The position numbers and the translations under genes are program-made. DNA of 55,251 nt, filler included, from Squatina squatina (taxonomy: Eukaryota), in the NCBI GenBank assembly GCA_031763465.1. It is 3 parts of 3 records of this genome, joined end to end, with 100 filler letters (N's around TTAATTAATTAA, not from the genome) between each part and the next. Parts side by side here need not be neighbours in the genome. Positions count along the whole stretch, not along the records: positions 17,253 to 40,770 come from JARFOE010000176.1; positions 40,871 to 55,251 come from JARFOE010000232.1; 1 more part is not named here. One strand, written 5' to 3'. The notes below the pieces were generated by a model. That model had not been told where the DNA came from. It worked only from the letters and a program-made list of their open reading frames with translations, and searched no databases. Shown in pieces: positions 37,620 through 49,254 of this stretch (the first letter of the stretch is position 1; each line of letters begins with the position of its first letter).

Positions 37620-38895
37620 ATTAAGGAAATATTGATCCCTAGTTGTCCTGAGAAGATGCTGGTGGGACTTTTTCTTCAACTGAAACAGTTTGATACACCG
37701 GGGGCTTGCTAGGCAGTTAAGAGTCAACCACAATGGCGTAGGACTGGAGTCATATGTAGGCCACACTGGATAAGGGCGGCAAGTTTCCTTCCCTAAAGGG
37801 CATTAGTGAACCAGTTGGGTTTGTACGACAATCTGACAGATTCATGGTCACTTCACTGATACCATCTTTTTATTTCCAGNNNNNNNNNNNNNNNNNNNNN
37901 NNNNNNNNNNNNNNNNNNNNNNNNNNNNNNNNNNNNNNNNNNNNNNNNNNNNNNNNNNNNNNNNNNNNNNNNNNNNNNNNNNNNNNNNNNNNNNNNNNNN
38001 NNNNNNNNNNNNNNNNNNNNNNNNNNNNNNNNNNNNNNNNNNNNNNNNNNNNNNNNNNNNNNNNNNNNNNNNNNNNNNNNNNNNNNNNNNNNNNNNNNNN
38101 NNNNNNNNNNNNNNNNNNNNNNNNNNNNNNNNNNNNNNNNNNNNNNNNNNNNNNNNNNNNNNNNNNNNNNNNNNNNNNNNNNNNNNNNNNNNNNNNNNNN
38201 NNNNNNNNNNNNNNNNNNNNNNNNNNNNNNNNNNNNNNNNNNNNNNNNNNNNNNNNNNNNNNNNNNNNNNNNNNNNNNNNNNNNNNNNNNNNNNNNNNNN
38301 NNNNNNNNNNNNNNNNNNNNNNNNNNNNNNNNNNNNNNNNNNNNNNNNNNNNNNNNNNNNNNNNNNNNNNNNNNNNNNNNNNNNNNNNNNNNNNNNNNNN
38401 NNNNNNNNNNNNNNNNNNNNNNNNNNNNNNNNNNNNNNNNNNNNNNNNNNNNNNNNNNNNNNNNNNNNNNNNNNNNNNNNNNNNNNNNNNNNNNNNNNNN
38501 NNNNNNNNNNNNNNNNNNNNNNNNNNNNNNNNNNNNNNNNNNNNNNNNNNNNNNNNNNNNNNNNNNNNNNNNNNNNNNNNNNNNNNNNNNNNNNNNNNNN
38601 NNNNNNNNNNNNNNNNNNNNNNNNNNNNNNNNNNNNNNNNNNNNNNNNNNNNNNNNNNNNNNNNNNNNNNNNNNNNNNNNNNNNNNNNNNNNNNNNNNNN
38701 NNNNNNNNNNNNNNNNNNNNNNNNNNNNNNNNNNNNNNNNNNNNNNNNNNNNNNNNNNNCTGATACCATCTTTTTATTTCCAGATTTTTAAAACTGAATT
38801 CAAATTCTCAAACTGTCATGGTAGATTGGAACTTACGTTCTCTGGATTATTAGTCTAGGCCTCTGGATTACTAGACCAGTAACATAACCACTACA
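37620..38895 (-). mobile_element. Copy of the 7320-7760 SINE family interrupted by an 880-N gap
   Basis: ttccttccctaaagg..gtgaaccag and ggcctctggattactag..ccagtaacataacca are shared with 7320-7760. Confidence 0.75.
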
Positions 38896-40363
38896 TCGCC
38901 TCATCTTGGTACCAATGTACTACAATTACAAATCTTTATCGATTGACATAATGGTCTATTTATAAGACTTGTTAATGAGCTCAAATATCTTGGGGGTGCC
39001 AGTCCATTTGACTTTGAGAACTCCAGTTTGTCAAAAAGCCTTTTCCACTTACACAGTGTATTATTTTTTAAACTTCAACAATTAAAAAGCATTCCTTAGT
39101 AAATCCCCTGGAAGGGTGTTGAACTAAGTCTTGGCATAAAAGTCAGTGATGTCTGGGCCCTTCATGATCAGCTCAGCCATCAGGTGATGTACGCTGTGCT
39201 GTACAGGTGCCAGTAAACAAATTAAGCTTCTGTTTGTGTGGAATTTCATCAGCAGCTTGTAACGCTGATTACCTCTGTTTTAATTTTGCCAAGTATATCC
39301 CTTGAAGGCCTGCAGCAGTGTATCCACACTTGGTTTTAAAAAAAAACAAGAGGGATTCCCATCTAAATATGCCCTGTTGACATTGGGGAATTTGTTAATT
39401 CACAGTGAAATAATTCAAATCAAGTTGTATCTGTTCCACATGGCATTCCTGTTTGCAAAGGCAAAGTGTTGGGCAAGATGTGTGTGTTTACAACCTAATA
39501 GAGAAGATGTACCCTCCGGATATTTGGATATCACAGCTGTGTGCTCAAAGTATTGGTAGCTCACTGTGGGAAAGATTTTCTAAGATGCATAAACATAAAT
39601 AATGTTAGTGTATGCTTACCTGTAATACATTTTATTGAGCAGAATTTGAGTAGTAGAGAGGAAGTATTTTTTAAATATCTAAAATATTCTCTTCCCTTTT
39701 CTTTAATAAGGACTGAAATAAACTTTATTCAGAACATTTCCTTACGTGGGCTGTTCTCCATTTCCTATAAACCTGACATGTACAGTAGCCTAATGTGTAT
39801 GGTCCCGGACTCGCAACCCAGATTTCCTGAATTCAAATTGAATTGCATAAATTTGGCCATTTGTGGGCTGACACCAGAATGAAAATGACCAGGAAAGCTG
39901 GTGGATTGTTGTAGAAACCCAACTCTTCATCAGGGAAGGGTCCTGCCATCCTTACAGTACAGCCGACACCTCAGCAACAAATAATTAGAGAAAAGTGACT
40001 CCTGGTTAGAAGCTGCGAGATCTCCTATGTTGTTTTCAAAAAGACCCATCTGGATAACCTGTATGCTGAGTCCATGCTCAGTTTGCTTTCATCATATTAC
40101 ACAGGGATTGGCATCCTTCTGATCCTGGACGCTGACTTCACTACTCTAGTAAAATGTAATAAGTCCATTTCTTCCTGGGACTTGAGGTTGAATATGTCCC
40201 TGAATGACTCGATCCCATAACTCCACTTCCTGTGGTATTGTGAAACAATAACTTGTGAACACTTCAGTGGTTTTTTTCCCTCCATTAGATATCACCCCCT
40301 GCAGAGAGCAGCACACAGCAATGACGAGTGACTGAGCCAGGCACAGCATTGCTATAGTGTTCC

Positions 40364-40770
40364 ACTAGGCTCCAAGCAGCCCAATTCTGCTGTATCGCAT
40401 TTTGTGAAGCAGCATGGCTTTCACTGCATGGCAGCAAGCTGACCAACAGACGCTACATCGTGCTTGGATCCACAAGTGTGCGAATGGAGTTGGCCAGCAC
40501 TTCCACGTTGGAAAGGATGGGCTCCAAGCTCTGCTGAAAGCCCTGCAACAAGTTGCTGCTGGACACCTCCATACTCCTTGACATTGCATGCAGACTTTCT
40601 GGCAGGCCTGCCAATGCATCAAGCATTTCTTTGTGCATACCCATCGGCCTTCTTCTGTAGCCTGTCCCATCAAAGTGCTGATCTGAGTCCTCTGCAGCAG
40701 AACTTGTGTGCAACCTTGCCCTCCTGTGACTTGGCACCTGTACTACCCTTGCCCCCTGCCCTAGCTGTCT
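40364..40770 (-). mobile_element. Probable Harbinger accessory (Myb/SANT-type ORF) C-terminal remnant
   Basis: ORF RRARLHTSSAAEDSD..MHKEMLDALAGLPESLHAMSRSME..SLEPILSNVEVLANSI resembles recalled repetitive shark ORFs; not verified. Confidence 0.45.
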
Positions 40771-40870
40771 NNNNNNNNNNNNNNNNNNNNNNNNNNNNNN
40801 NNNNNNNNNNNNNNTTAATTAATTAANNNNNNNNNNNNNNNNNNNNNNNNNNNNNNNNNNNNNNNNNNNN
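40771..40870. other. Artificial scaffold-joining linker
   Basis: 44 N + TTAATTAATTAA + 44 N, identical to 17153-17252. Confidence 0.95.
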
Positions 40871-42284
40871 AAACTGAGCATCAGTTACCAGTTTAATCCC
40901 TTTTATTTCCAGTGTTTTACCCACACAAACCAACCAAAAGCAGCTTGAACAGTCCACATGTCTGTTAAGTTGGCGCAAAATATACAAAAGCCTCGATTGT
41001 CCCTGTTTCCGTCCTTTTCCCATTATGGCTGGTATATTATGGAAATAGCGAAGGGAGTGCATTGTCTCCTGTTGCATTTTCTGCCCAAATTGAGTGAAAG
41101 ATCTAGACCATTTTCCTATTGTGCCTCAGTTCCCCCCCCCCCCCCCCCCTCACTATGTATTGATTCTGATTGGAGATGGCAGACATGTGACCTTATTGCA
41201 GGTTCCTCACTGCTATCGATTTGGGCAATGGGAGGGGTGTGAGAAGCAGGCATGAGTGCTACCCTCCAGTGTAAAACTCCGATTCTTTGGGATAAGTACC
41301 CAGGCTCTGATCAGTGCCTGTCTGACAGCAGGGCCATGGTCATACTCATGTAGGGAACATGCAGGTTGGAACTTATACTACAGCATCAGAATGTGGCGTG
41401 AAATATTGCATTTAATTTAAACCTACTTATCGAAAATGCGAGCTTTTGGTAAAAGCTCAGTATTTGGTGCTTATAAGGAAAAATCATTATCTAACAGGAC
41501 AGTGCAACCTATGTTTTAATTGTCAAAATAATCTTTTTTAATGTGCTGATAATTAAAAGCAGTAACTTATTTATTTATTGGGGGGGGTTTACCTTTATAT
41601 CCAGTGAGTGATAGTTTTGTCTTTTCAATGTTTAATGTGTGTTCAAAGCTGATTTTAAGGTATGCGTATCCCTCTTTGGTTTGAGCTTGTTTATGTCCAC
41701 AGGGTAGGATTAGATGTGGGGTTTCTGCTGAGTGTTAACTTTGTGTTGGTTGCAAAAGAGCGACAAAAATAACTTCATTCTCTTCACTTTTTACAAAAAA
41801 AATGTTTGAAATGTGATGTATGTTTTGTTCCTTTTTAATTTGGCATTTGCACTAAGGTTTGATCTGCCATCAAGTTTAATGTGTCTTGCAGAAGTTGGTT
41901 TAAATGGTTGATGCAGTTTCATAAATATGATTTCCATTTTGAAGTCATTAGGATTTGTGATTTAAACATTCAAAGTGCACTTTTCAAAATCCATTTCACT
42001 CATCGCAAACAAGTCCCCAAAACACCGTTGCAGTTTTCCATTTGTTATTAACATAGAAAATAGGAACAGGTGTAGGCCATTCGGCCCTTCGAGCCTGCTG
42101 CGCCATTCAATATGATGATGGCTGATCTTCCATCTCAGCGCCATATTCCCGCTTTCTCCCCATATCCCTTGGTGCCTTTAGTACNNNNNNNNNNNNNNNN
42201 NNNNNNNNNNNNNNNNNNNNNNNNNNNNNNNNNNNNNNNNNNNNNNNNNNNNNNNNNNNNNNNNNNNNNNNNNNNNNNNNNNNN

Positions 42285-45200
42285 TAAAAAAGCTCCGATT
42301 GGAAGAATGGGATGAAAACCACGTGCGAAGCTGGTTAAAATGGATTCGGGTCAAAGATGAACATATACAAACGCTACATGAGCAAGAAGTAACTGGGGCG
42401 GCGCTGCAGGAGATAAACGAAGGTGACCTTAAAGATCTGGGTGTAAAAAAAGGTCAAATACAACTGATTTTGAAGAAAAGGAATGAGCTATTGAATAGTC
42501 AGAATTTAGAACTGGCCCAGTGCAGTACAACTGAAGTAAGAGAGTGTGAAAAGGCTTCTTTAACACAGGATAATCATAAAGATACTCCTCCTCAAATACC
42601 ACAGACAGAGGCTCTGCCAAGCAAAGCGAAATTGAAAAGCCAGGATCATGTTGCTGCATTAGCATCCGATCCTCCTGACACTTCTGCTGATTCACAACAC
42701 ACAAACACAACTGAAAACAAAGAGAAAGAAGATAAGCCTCATATTCGATGCAAACCTCGTCCATTTGGCAAGGACAATATCAACTTTAAATATGTAAGCA
42801 ACCAAGTTCTTCCACCAGAAACTGGGGTTATAAACTTAATTAGCCCCTGTCATGAATATAAATCTCTTGCCAAAGCTGTAACACTAGACAGACAACGGCT
42901 ACAAGTAAAGTTTGCTCGGGAAGTTATTAAATTTGCCTCTGGATGCATGAATGTTCGGACCAATGGCACAATACATTTTGGGGTTGAGGATAGCAATGAT
43001 AGTTCTGGATACATACATGGTGAAATAATAGGTGTACCTGTAAAAGATCAAGACATCTATGTTGATGCACTGGATTATGTAGACAAATGTTTCAAACACC
43101 ATGGTGAGGTTGCAAGACTTTGCATTCAGCAACCCAAATTTGTGGAAGTGATCAGCAGAGATGGAAGTGAAGGAAGATTTGTTATCGAGATTGATGTGAA
43201 CTCATCAATAAAGACTGTGAAAAACAAAATTTATAGAGTTTGTCTTCCAAATTTTAGTGAAAAAAAAAATAAAATCGAGTATGAAAAGGCAACCATCTAC
43301 AGAAGAAAGGGAGCAAAAACTGAGCCCATCTGTGAAGAAGACCAGGATGACTTTATTTCAGGTATGCAAGAGAGAGACGACAGAAGAGAAGCGGCAGAAA
43401 ACTCAGAGAAGCCAAACAACAGAATCTGTGAGGATCTTGGAAGAAAACTATCTGTTCTTCTCACCGGTGGCAAGAAGTACATGGATACCAGCCAGTGGTA
43501 TGTAGTCGTCATGAACAAATGCAAACCAGAAGATTTACAGAAATTAAACTTTTTACTACACATGAATATTTTTTGTGTGTTTGACTTTGATCCTGATTCT
43601 AAGACCAATGGTTTCTTTGAGCACTATCTGAAACATCACACAGCCAATGTTCACTTCTTACAGGATTACAAATGTGAAGACGGAGAGAGCCCGCTCGACT
43701 TCAGGAGACGTTTGTGTTTGTTTGATCAAACTAGCTGGATATTTTGCAATGGGTGTAATGATTATGATGGTGATGAAAGACCATGTGATTTGAGTACATG
43801 GGTGAAGAACAAAAAAAAGCACTTGAAGAGGACAGTCTCCCTGATCTGTAATGAAATTCTGCCAGCTGGGTCTTTTGTTGTACTTATCCTTCTCCTGTCA
43901 CCAGTAGAACAGCCTCTGGTGGACACATTCCATGAATTCTATGCAGAAATGAATGGCAGAAATGACATCATTTGTATTGCAGAGTGTGAAGAAAACTATC
44001 AGAAATGGGCCAATCTTGCACAGCCCTCGTGCAGTATTGAAACTATTGACCAGATGAGCATTGTTGGGATGAAACTGAACCATGTAAATGACACCATCCA
44101 AACTATGCTGCCAATGTTAATAGATCNNNNNNNNNNNNNNNNNNNNNNNNNNNNNNNNNNNNNNNNNNNNNNNNNNNNNNNNNNNNNNNNNNNNNNNNNN
44201 NNNNNNNNNNNNNNNNNNNNNNNNNNNNNNNNNNNNNNNNNNNNNNNNNNNNNNNNNNNNNNNNNNNNNNNNNNNNNNNNNNNNNNNNNNNNNNNNNNNN
44301 NNNNNNNNNNNNNNNNNNNNNNNNNNNNNNNNNNNNNNNNNNNNNNNNNNNNNNNNNNNNNNNNNNNNNNNNNNNNNNNNNNNNNNNNNNNNNNNNNNNN
44401 NNNNNNNNNNNNNNNNNNNNNNNNNNNAGTTACCACAGTACATGTATTTCATCACCCTGGCAGTGGGGGAAGCACCCTAGCACGACAGGTTTTATGGAAT
44501 TTTCGAAAGGACCTGCGATGTGCATCTGTCAAGCCATTATGTACTGTTGGGAAAGTCTGTGAACATGCCATCCAGCTGCTTGAATATGAGGAAAGTGATA
44601 TTAATCAGTGCTTGCCGGTGTTACTACTTGTTGATGACTCTGATGAAGACTACTTTGATGAAATTAAGTGTGAATTAATAGCTGCAGTTGGCTGTAAGGT
44701 CAGTATTGTGAGGCCTCGCTTCATATTTCTGAGCTGTAGGAGATCCCATAATCCTGAAAAACAGTGCAAAAACATCCCACTGGAAGCGGTAGCTGTTACC
44801 CACAAATTAACGAAGGAAGAAAAGAGATTGTTTTCAAACAAACGTAAGAAACTCCAGGAACATTTTGAGCCAGAGTTCATATTGACATTTGTTCTAATGA
44901 GTGAAGAGTTTCAGGAAGAGTACATTCAGAACTTTGTGAAACATTTACTCAAAGACATTGACCACTCTTCTCTTGTCACTCGGCTGATAAAGTATGTTGC
45001 CTTACTGNNNNNNNNNNNNNNNNNNNNNNNNNNNNNNNNNNNNNNNNNNNNNNNNNNNNNNNNNNNNNNNNNNNNNNNNNNNNNNNNNNNNNNNNNNNNN
45101 NNNNNNNCTTACTGAATCACTATGTGGAGAATTCAAACATTTCACTGTCTCATTGTGAAACATTTTTGGGTCTTGGTGTTCAAATAGATCACTTGCGCCA

Positions 45201-46889
45201 GCAGAGCTTTGAAATCTCCCTGACTGATCAAGCCCACCTTTTGTTCCTACACTTCAGAGACTGTACCACTGAGATTAAGTCGATCCGAATTGTGCACCCA
45301 CTTGTTGCAAAGGAAATACTGCATCAGTTATCAAATCAGCCTCTGAATCAAATTGCGATGGACCTTCTTCAGGAAAAGGCATTTTTTAAACACCGATTTG
45401 GGCGTGATGAGTTCATTAAATTCATTAGAGACTTGTTCATACGACGTCACAGAAGAAGTAAAGGTGACAGTGCAGATACCTTTTTTTCTCCTCTAATCGA
45501 AGATATATGCAATGGGGACAAAGGTCCAGAAAAGGCTGTGGCTGTACTGACAGCAGCTTATGAATGCCTTGGGAAAGACCCATATTTTGCTCAGCAGCTT
45601 GCTCGACTGCATTACATGTACAAACAGTTTGTTGAAGCTATAAAGTGGGCTGAAGATGCAAAAGGTCAGTTGCCATCTAATTCTTACATTTTGGACACAG
45701 NNNNNNNNNNNNNNNNNNNNNNNNNNNNNNNNNNNNNNNNNNNNNNNNNNNNNNNNNNNNNNNNNNNNNNNNNNNNNNNNNNNNNNNNNNNNNNNNNNNN
45801 NNNNNNNNNNNNNNNNNNNNNNNNNNNNNNNNNNNNNNNNNNNNNNNNNNNNNNNNNNNNNNNNNNNNNNNNNNNNNNNNNNNNNNNNNNNNNNNNNNNN
45901 NNNNNNNNNNNNNNNNNNNNNNNNNNNNNNNNNNNNNNNNNNNNNNNNNNNNNNNNNNNNNNNNNNNNNNNNNNNNNNNNNNNNNNNNNNNNNNNNNNNN
46001 NNNNNNNNNNNNNNNNNNNNNNNNNNNNNNNNNNNNNNNNNNNNNNNNNNNNNNNNNNNNNNNNNNNNNNNNNNNNNNNNNNNNNNNNNNNNNNNNNNNN
46101 NNNNNNNNNNNNNNNNNNNNNNNNNNNNNNNNNNNNNNNNNNNNNNNNNNNNNNNNNNNNNNNNNNNNNNNNNNNNNNNNNNNNNNNNNNNNNNNNNNNN
46201 NNNNNNNNNNNNNNNNNNNNNNNNNNNNNNNNNNNNNNNNNNNNNNNNNNNNNNNNNNNNNNNNNNNNNNNNNNNNNNNNNNNNNNNNNNNNNNNNNNNN
46301 NNNNNNNNNNNNNNNNNNNNNNNNNNNNNNNNNNNNNNGACCAAAATATTGAGCGAGCAGCAAAAAAACTAGAAAAAGTAATCTCCATGTATCCTGAAGA
46401 CCCTCAAAAAGAAAAACTAGATCTAGTTGAGCTTGTCAATTTCACCGTGAGTCATATTGCACTCGCATGTGTGGCACCAAGGTCTTCAAAGCTGTCAACA
46501 TACCTGAAACTGAGGGAACTGAGTCAGCAGTTTTGGAGAAAAAAACATAACAATTCAAGTGCCTGGTTTTTACTTACACTGTTGTATTATCCAGACGAAG
46601 CCCTTGACCAGGGACCCAATGAAGCGAAAGGCAAAATCTTAAATACAGCACTTGAAACAATGAAAACACTGTATGACATCAAAATGAAGAATATCCCTTC
46701 CAGAAAAAAGCAGATCTATACTCATTTTTTCTTGGGAAATGGATGCGAGTTTAACAAACTTGTTCATAAAAGTTCGCTTGAAAAGCTTACTGATAGCCGC
46801 CTAAATGAAAGAAGATTGAAGTGGCTTACAGGAGATGTGTGGAAGAACCCCAAGGTCACCCAAAAGTTGAAGCGTGTTAAAGGATGGAC
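42285..46889 (+). CDS. SAMD9: SAMD9/SAMD9L-like STAND NTPase (SAM - AlbA_2 nuclease - SIR2-like - P-loop NTPase - TPR - start of OB fold); intronless, 5' and 3' ends lost in gaps
   Basis: ORFs 42299-45115 and 45124-47088 carry SAMD9 motifs: SAM (EEWDENHVRSWL...EQEVTGAAL...DLGVKKG), AlbA_2 (PETG..NLISPCHEYK..KFAREVIKFASGCMNVRTNGTIHFGVED), SIR2-like (VFDFDPDS, TSWIFCNG), Walker A-like HHPGSGGSTLA (HPGSGGST at 44453-44476), Walker B LLLVDD (44621-44638), IRIVHPLVAKEIL, TPR QQLARLHY..A..WAEDAK, and LKRVKGW. The frame is kept across the 301-N and 638-N gaps. The flanks of the 45008-45107 gap overlap by 7 nt and rejoin in frame. Sequence after the 46890-46989 gap is unrelated. Confidence 0.95.
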
Positions 46890-47234
46890 NNNNNNNNNNN
46901 NNNNNNNNNNNNNNNNNNNNNNNNNNNNNNNNNNNNNNNNNNNNNNNNNNNNNNNNNNNNNNNNNNNNNNNNNNNNNNNNNNNNNNNNNAGGCCACATTT
47001 ACCCATCAGAAAATACTGCATCCTGCTGATGATGGCTCCTTTCCCAGCTATGCCATCCACCACCTCCCACCCAAAATTAAAGAAATAGAAGGAAAAGAGG
47101 ACAGAGAGTAAATCAAAAAGACTTAGAGAAAAAGAAGCAGGAAGAGCAAAAGAGAAACATTAATACGAAAACAACAGAGAGAGATCATATTCTCTGACTT
47201 ACCATGTGCAATGTTAAAGTAAATCAACTTACTT

Positions 47235-47665
47235 AAGAAAGACTTGCACTTATATCGCACCTTTCACGATCTCAGGGTGTCCCAAAGTACTTTACAGCCA
47301 ATTAAGTACTTTTGAAGTGCAGTCACTGTTGTAATGTAGGAAATGCAACAGCCAATTTGTGCACAGAAAGCTCCCACAAACAGCAATGTGATAATTTGTT
47401 TTAGTGAAGTTGATTGAGGGATAAATATTGGCCATAATACTGGGAGGACTCCTCTGCTAAATAGTGCCACAGGATCTTTTATGTCCAGCTGAGAGGACAG
47501 ATGGGGCCCCAGTTTAATGCCTCATCCGAAAGACAGCGCAGCACTCCCTCAGCATTGCACTGGAGTGTCAGCCTGGATTTTTGTGCTCAAGTCTCTGGAG
47601 GTGACCTGAACCCACAACCTTCTGCCTCTGAGGCGAGAGTTCTACCCACTGAGCCACAGCTGACA
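47235..47665 (-). mobile_element. SacSINE1-type tRNA-derived Deu-domain SINE, near full length
   Basis: tRNA-like head (tggctcagtgggtag..gttgtgggttcag), central Deu-like core and L2-like tail aaaggtgcgatataagtgcaagtc. Confidence 0.82.
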
Positions 47666-47944
47666 CTAATTAAACATTGTTTTTAACTTCCTGCCCAAAT
47701 CAATGAGTGTAAATGTAGCCTAAGACTGGTATCTAACTTACCACAATATACATTTTAATTTTACTTACCAGACAGCATACTGACTATCAATCCTACTAGA
47801 ATTGTACTTAGGCAACCGATCGGGGTGTAGTAGAAAAATGACAAGGAGTAGAAATTCTCTGCTATGCTGGGCCTGAAATATAAAAAGAAAACAACAGTAA
47901 TTCTGTTCTAGTAAGTGAACAGCAGTTCATACAATCCTAGTTTA

Positions 47945-48375
47945 GGAACATTGGAACAGGAAGAGGCTATTCAGCCCCTTGAGCCTGTTCTGCCATTCAT
48001 GGCTGATCATGACTGATCTGTACCTTAACCCCATTTACCTGCCTTTGACCCATTTCCCTTGATATCTTTACCTAACAAAAATCTATAAATCTGTCTTAAA
48101 ATTTCAATTGACCCAGCATCACAGCCTTCTGAGGGAGTACGCTCCAGATTTCCACTACCATTTGTGTGAAAAGTGCTTCCTGATTTCACTCCTAAATAGC
48201 TTAGCTGAAATGATAAGATTATGTCCTCTTGTTCTGGATTCCCCCACCAGAGGAAATGCTTTCTCTGTATCTATTGTATTGAATGCCTTAATCATTTTAA
48301 ATGCTTCAATAAGATCAGCCCTCAACCTTCTAAACTCAAAGGAATGCAAACCAGGATTATGCAACTGATCCTCAT
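47945..48375 (-). mobile_element. CR1 LINE 3' fragment
   Basis: LHSFEFRRLRADLIEAFKMIK..ESRTRGHNL..RKHFS plus 3'UTR. Confidence 0.85.
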
Positions 48376-49061
48376 NNNNNNNNNNNNNNNNNNNNNNNNN
48401 NNNNNNNNNNNNNNNNNNNNNNNNNNNNNNNNNNNNNNNNNNNNNNNNNNNNNNNNNNNNNNNNNNNNNNNNNNNGGCGCCGGTGAGCGAAATGCTGACT
48501 CCCGCCCCATATGCGTTTTAAATGCAGTGCCAGGGAATTTCGGCTGCTAGGCATTTTAAATTAGTTTCTAACATGGCTGTCTCAATATAAGATCTTACCT
48601 TGCCATTGCTCTTTGGAAACAATGCTGCTAAAGTGAATACACCCAGTATGGGTCCTTGAATTATTCCTGCAACACTTAGTGAAGCCTGAGAAGAATTACA
48701 AAAGGAAGCATACTTTTACATTCAGAGCTACACTTGCTATATTGATAAGTATGTAAGACAAACCATAGTTTCATCATCAAAGCTCACTTTCATTACTCTA
48801 CAAATGTTATTTGAAAAATCCATCAAATGCATTTACCTGAATTATATTTCCTTGTAAGAGAGAAGCTACCCCAGCCAGGCCTATTGTAGCAAGTCCAAAT
48901 ATCATAGCTGCATATGATCACAGAAACCAGTTAGGTGATTAATCCAAGTGAAATGTTAGTTTTTAAAATTACATTTTTAAAAGCTTTTACTTTATTTTTA
49001 AAATGTAATTTGTTTATTCTACAACGATAGTCTGAAAAATTCTCATTCTGAGCTCTTACGT

Positions 49062-49254
49062 AGGGCCAGAAATTCCGATTGAGTCCTGGACTGAACTGGG
49101 ATGGGTCTGGAAAACGGATTCCATCAAGATTAAGCCCAGTGTTTTCTGTTCTACATTTTTCTGGTGGGAGATCCATGGGTTGATCTTCTGCTTGCCCCTA
49201 TGGCATGGGAGCATGTCAGGCAGAGTTCCCAGGTTATCCCAGGAATTCTGCCCT
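49062..49254. mobile_element. About 190-bp MITE
   Basis: Imperfect terminal inverted repeats agggccagaaattcc ... ggaattctgccct. Confidence 0.55.

Noticed and set aside
37844-38791. Long 299-315 aa ORFs and other X-rich ORFs
   Set aside because: Read-through of N runs
41700-42050. ISRE-like tttcact/tttcca motifs upstream of SAMD9
   Set aside because: Separated from the gene by a gap and a CR1 tail; such motifs are common in AT-rich DNA
42299-42301. TTG as the SAMD9 start codon
   Set aside because: The frame is open back to the gap (KKLRLEEW); the real ATG is upstream and unsequenced
46990-47111. C-terminal tail of ORF 45124-47088 (RPHLPIRKY...)
   Set aside because: Lies after an unsized gap and has no SAMD9 OB-fold resemblance; the true C-terminus is missing from the window
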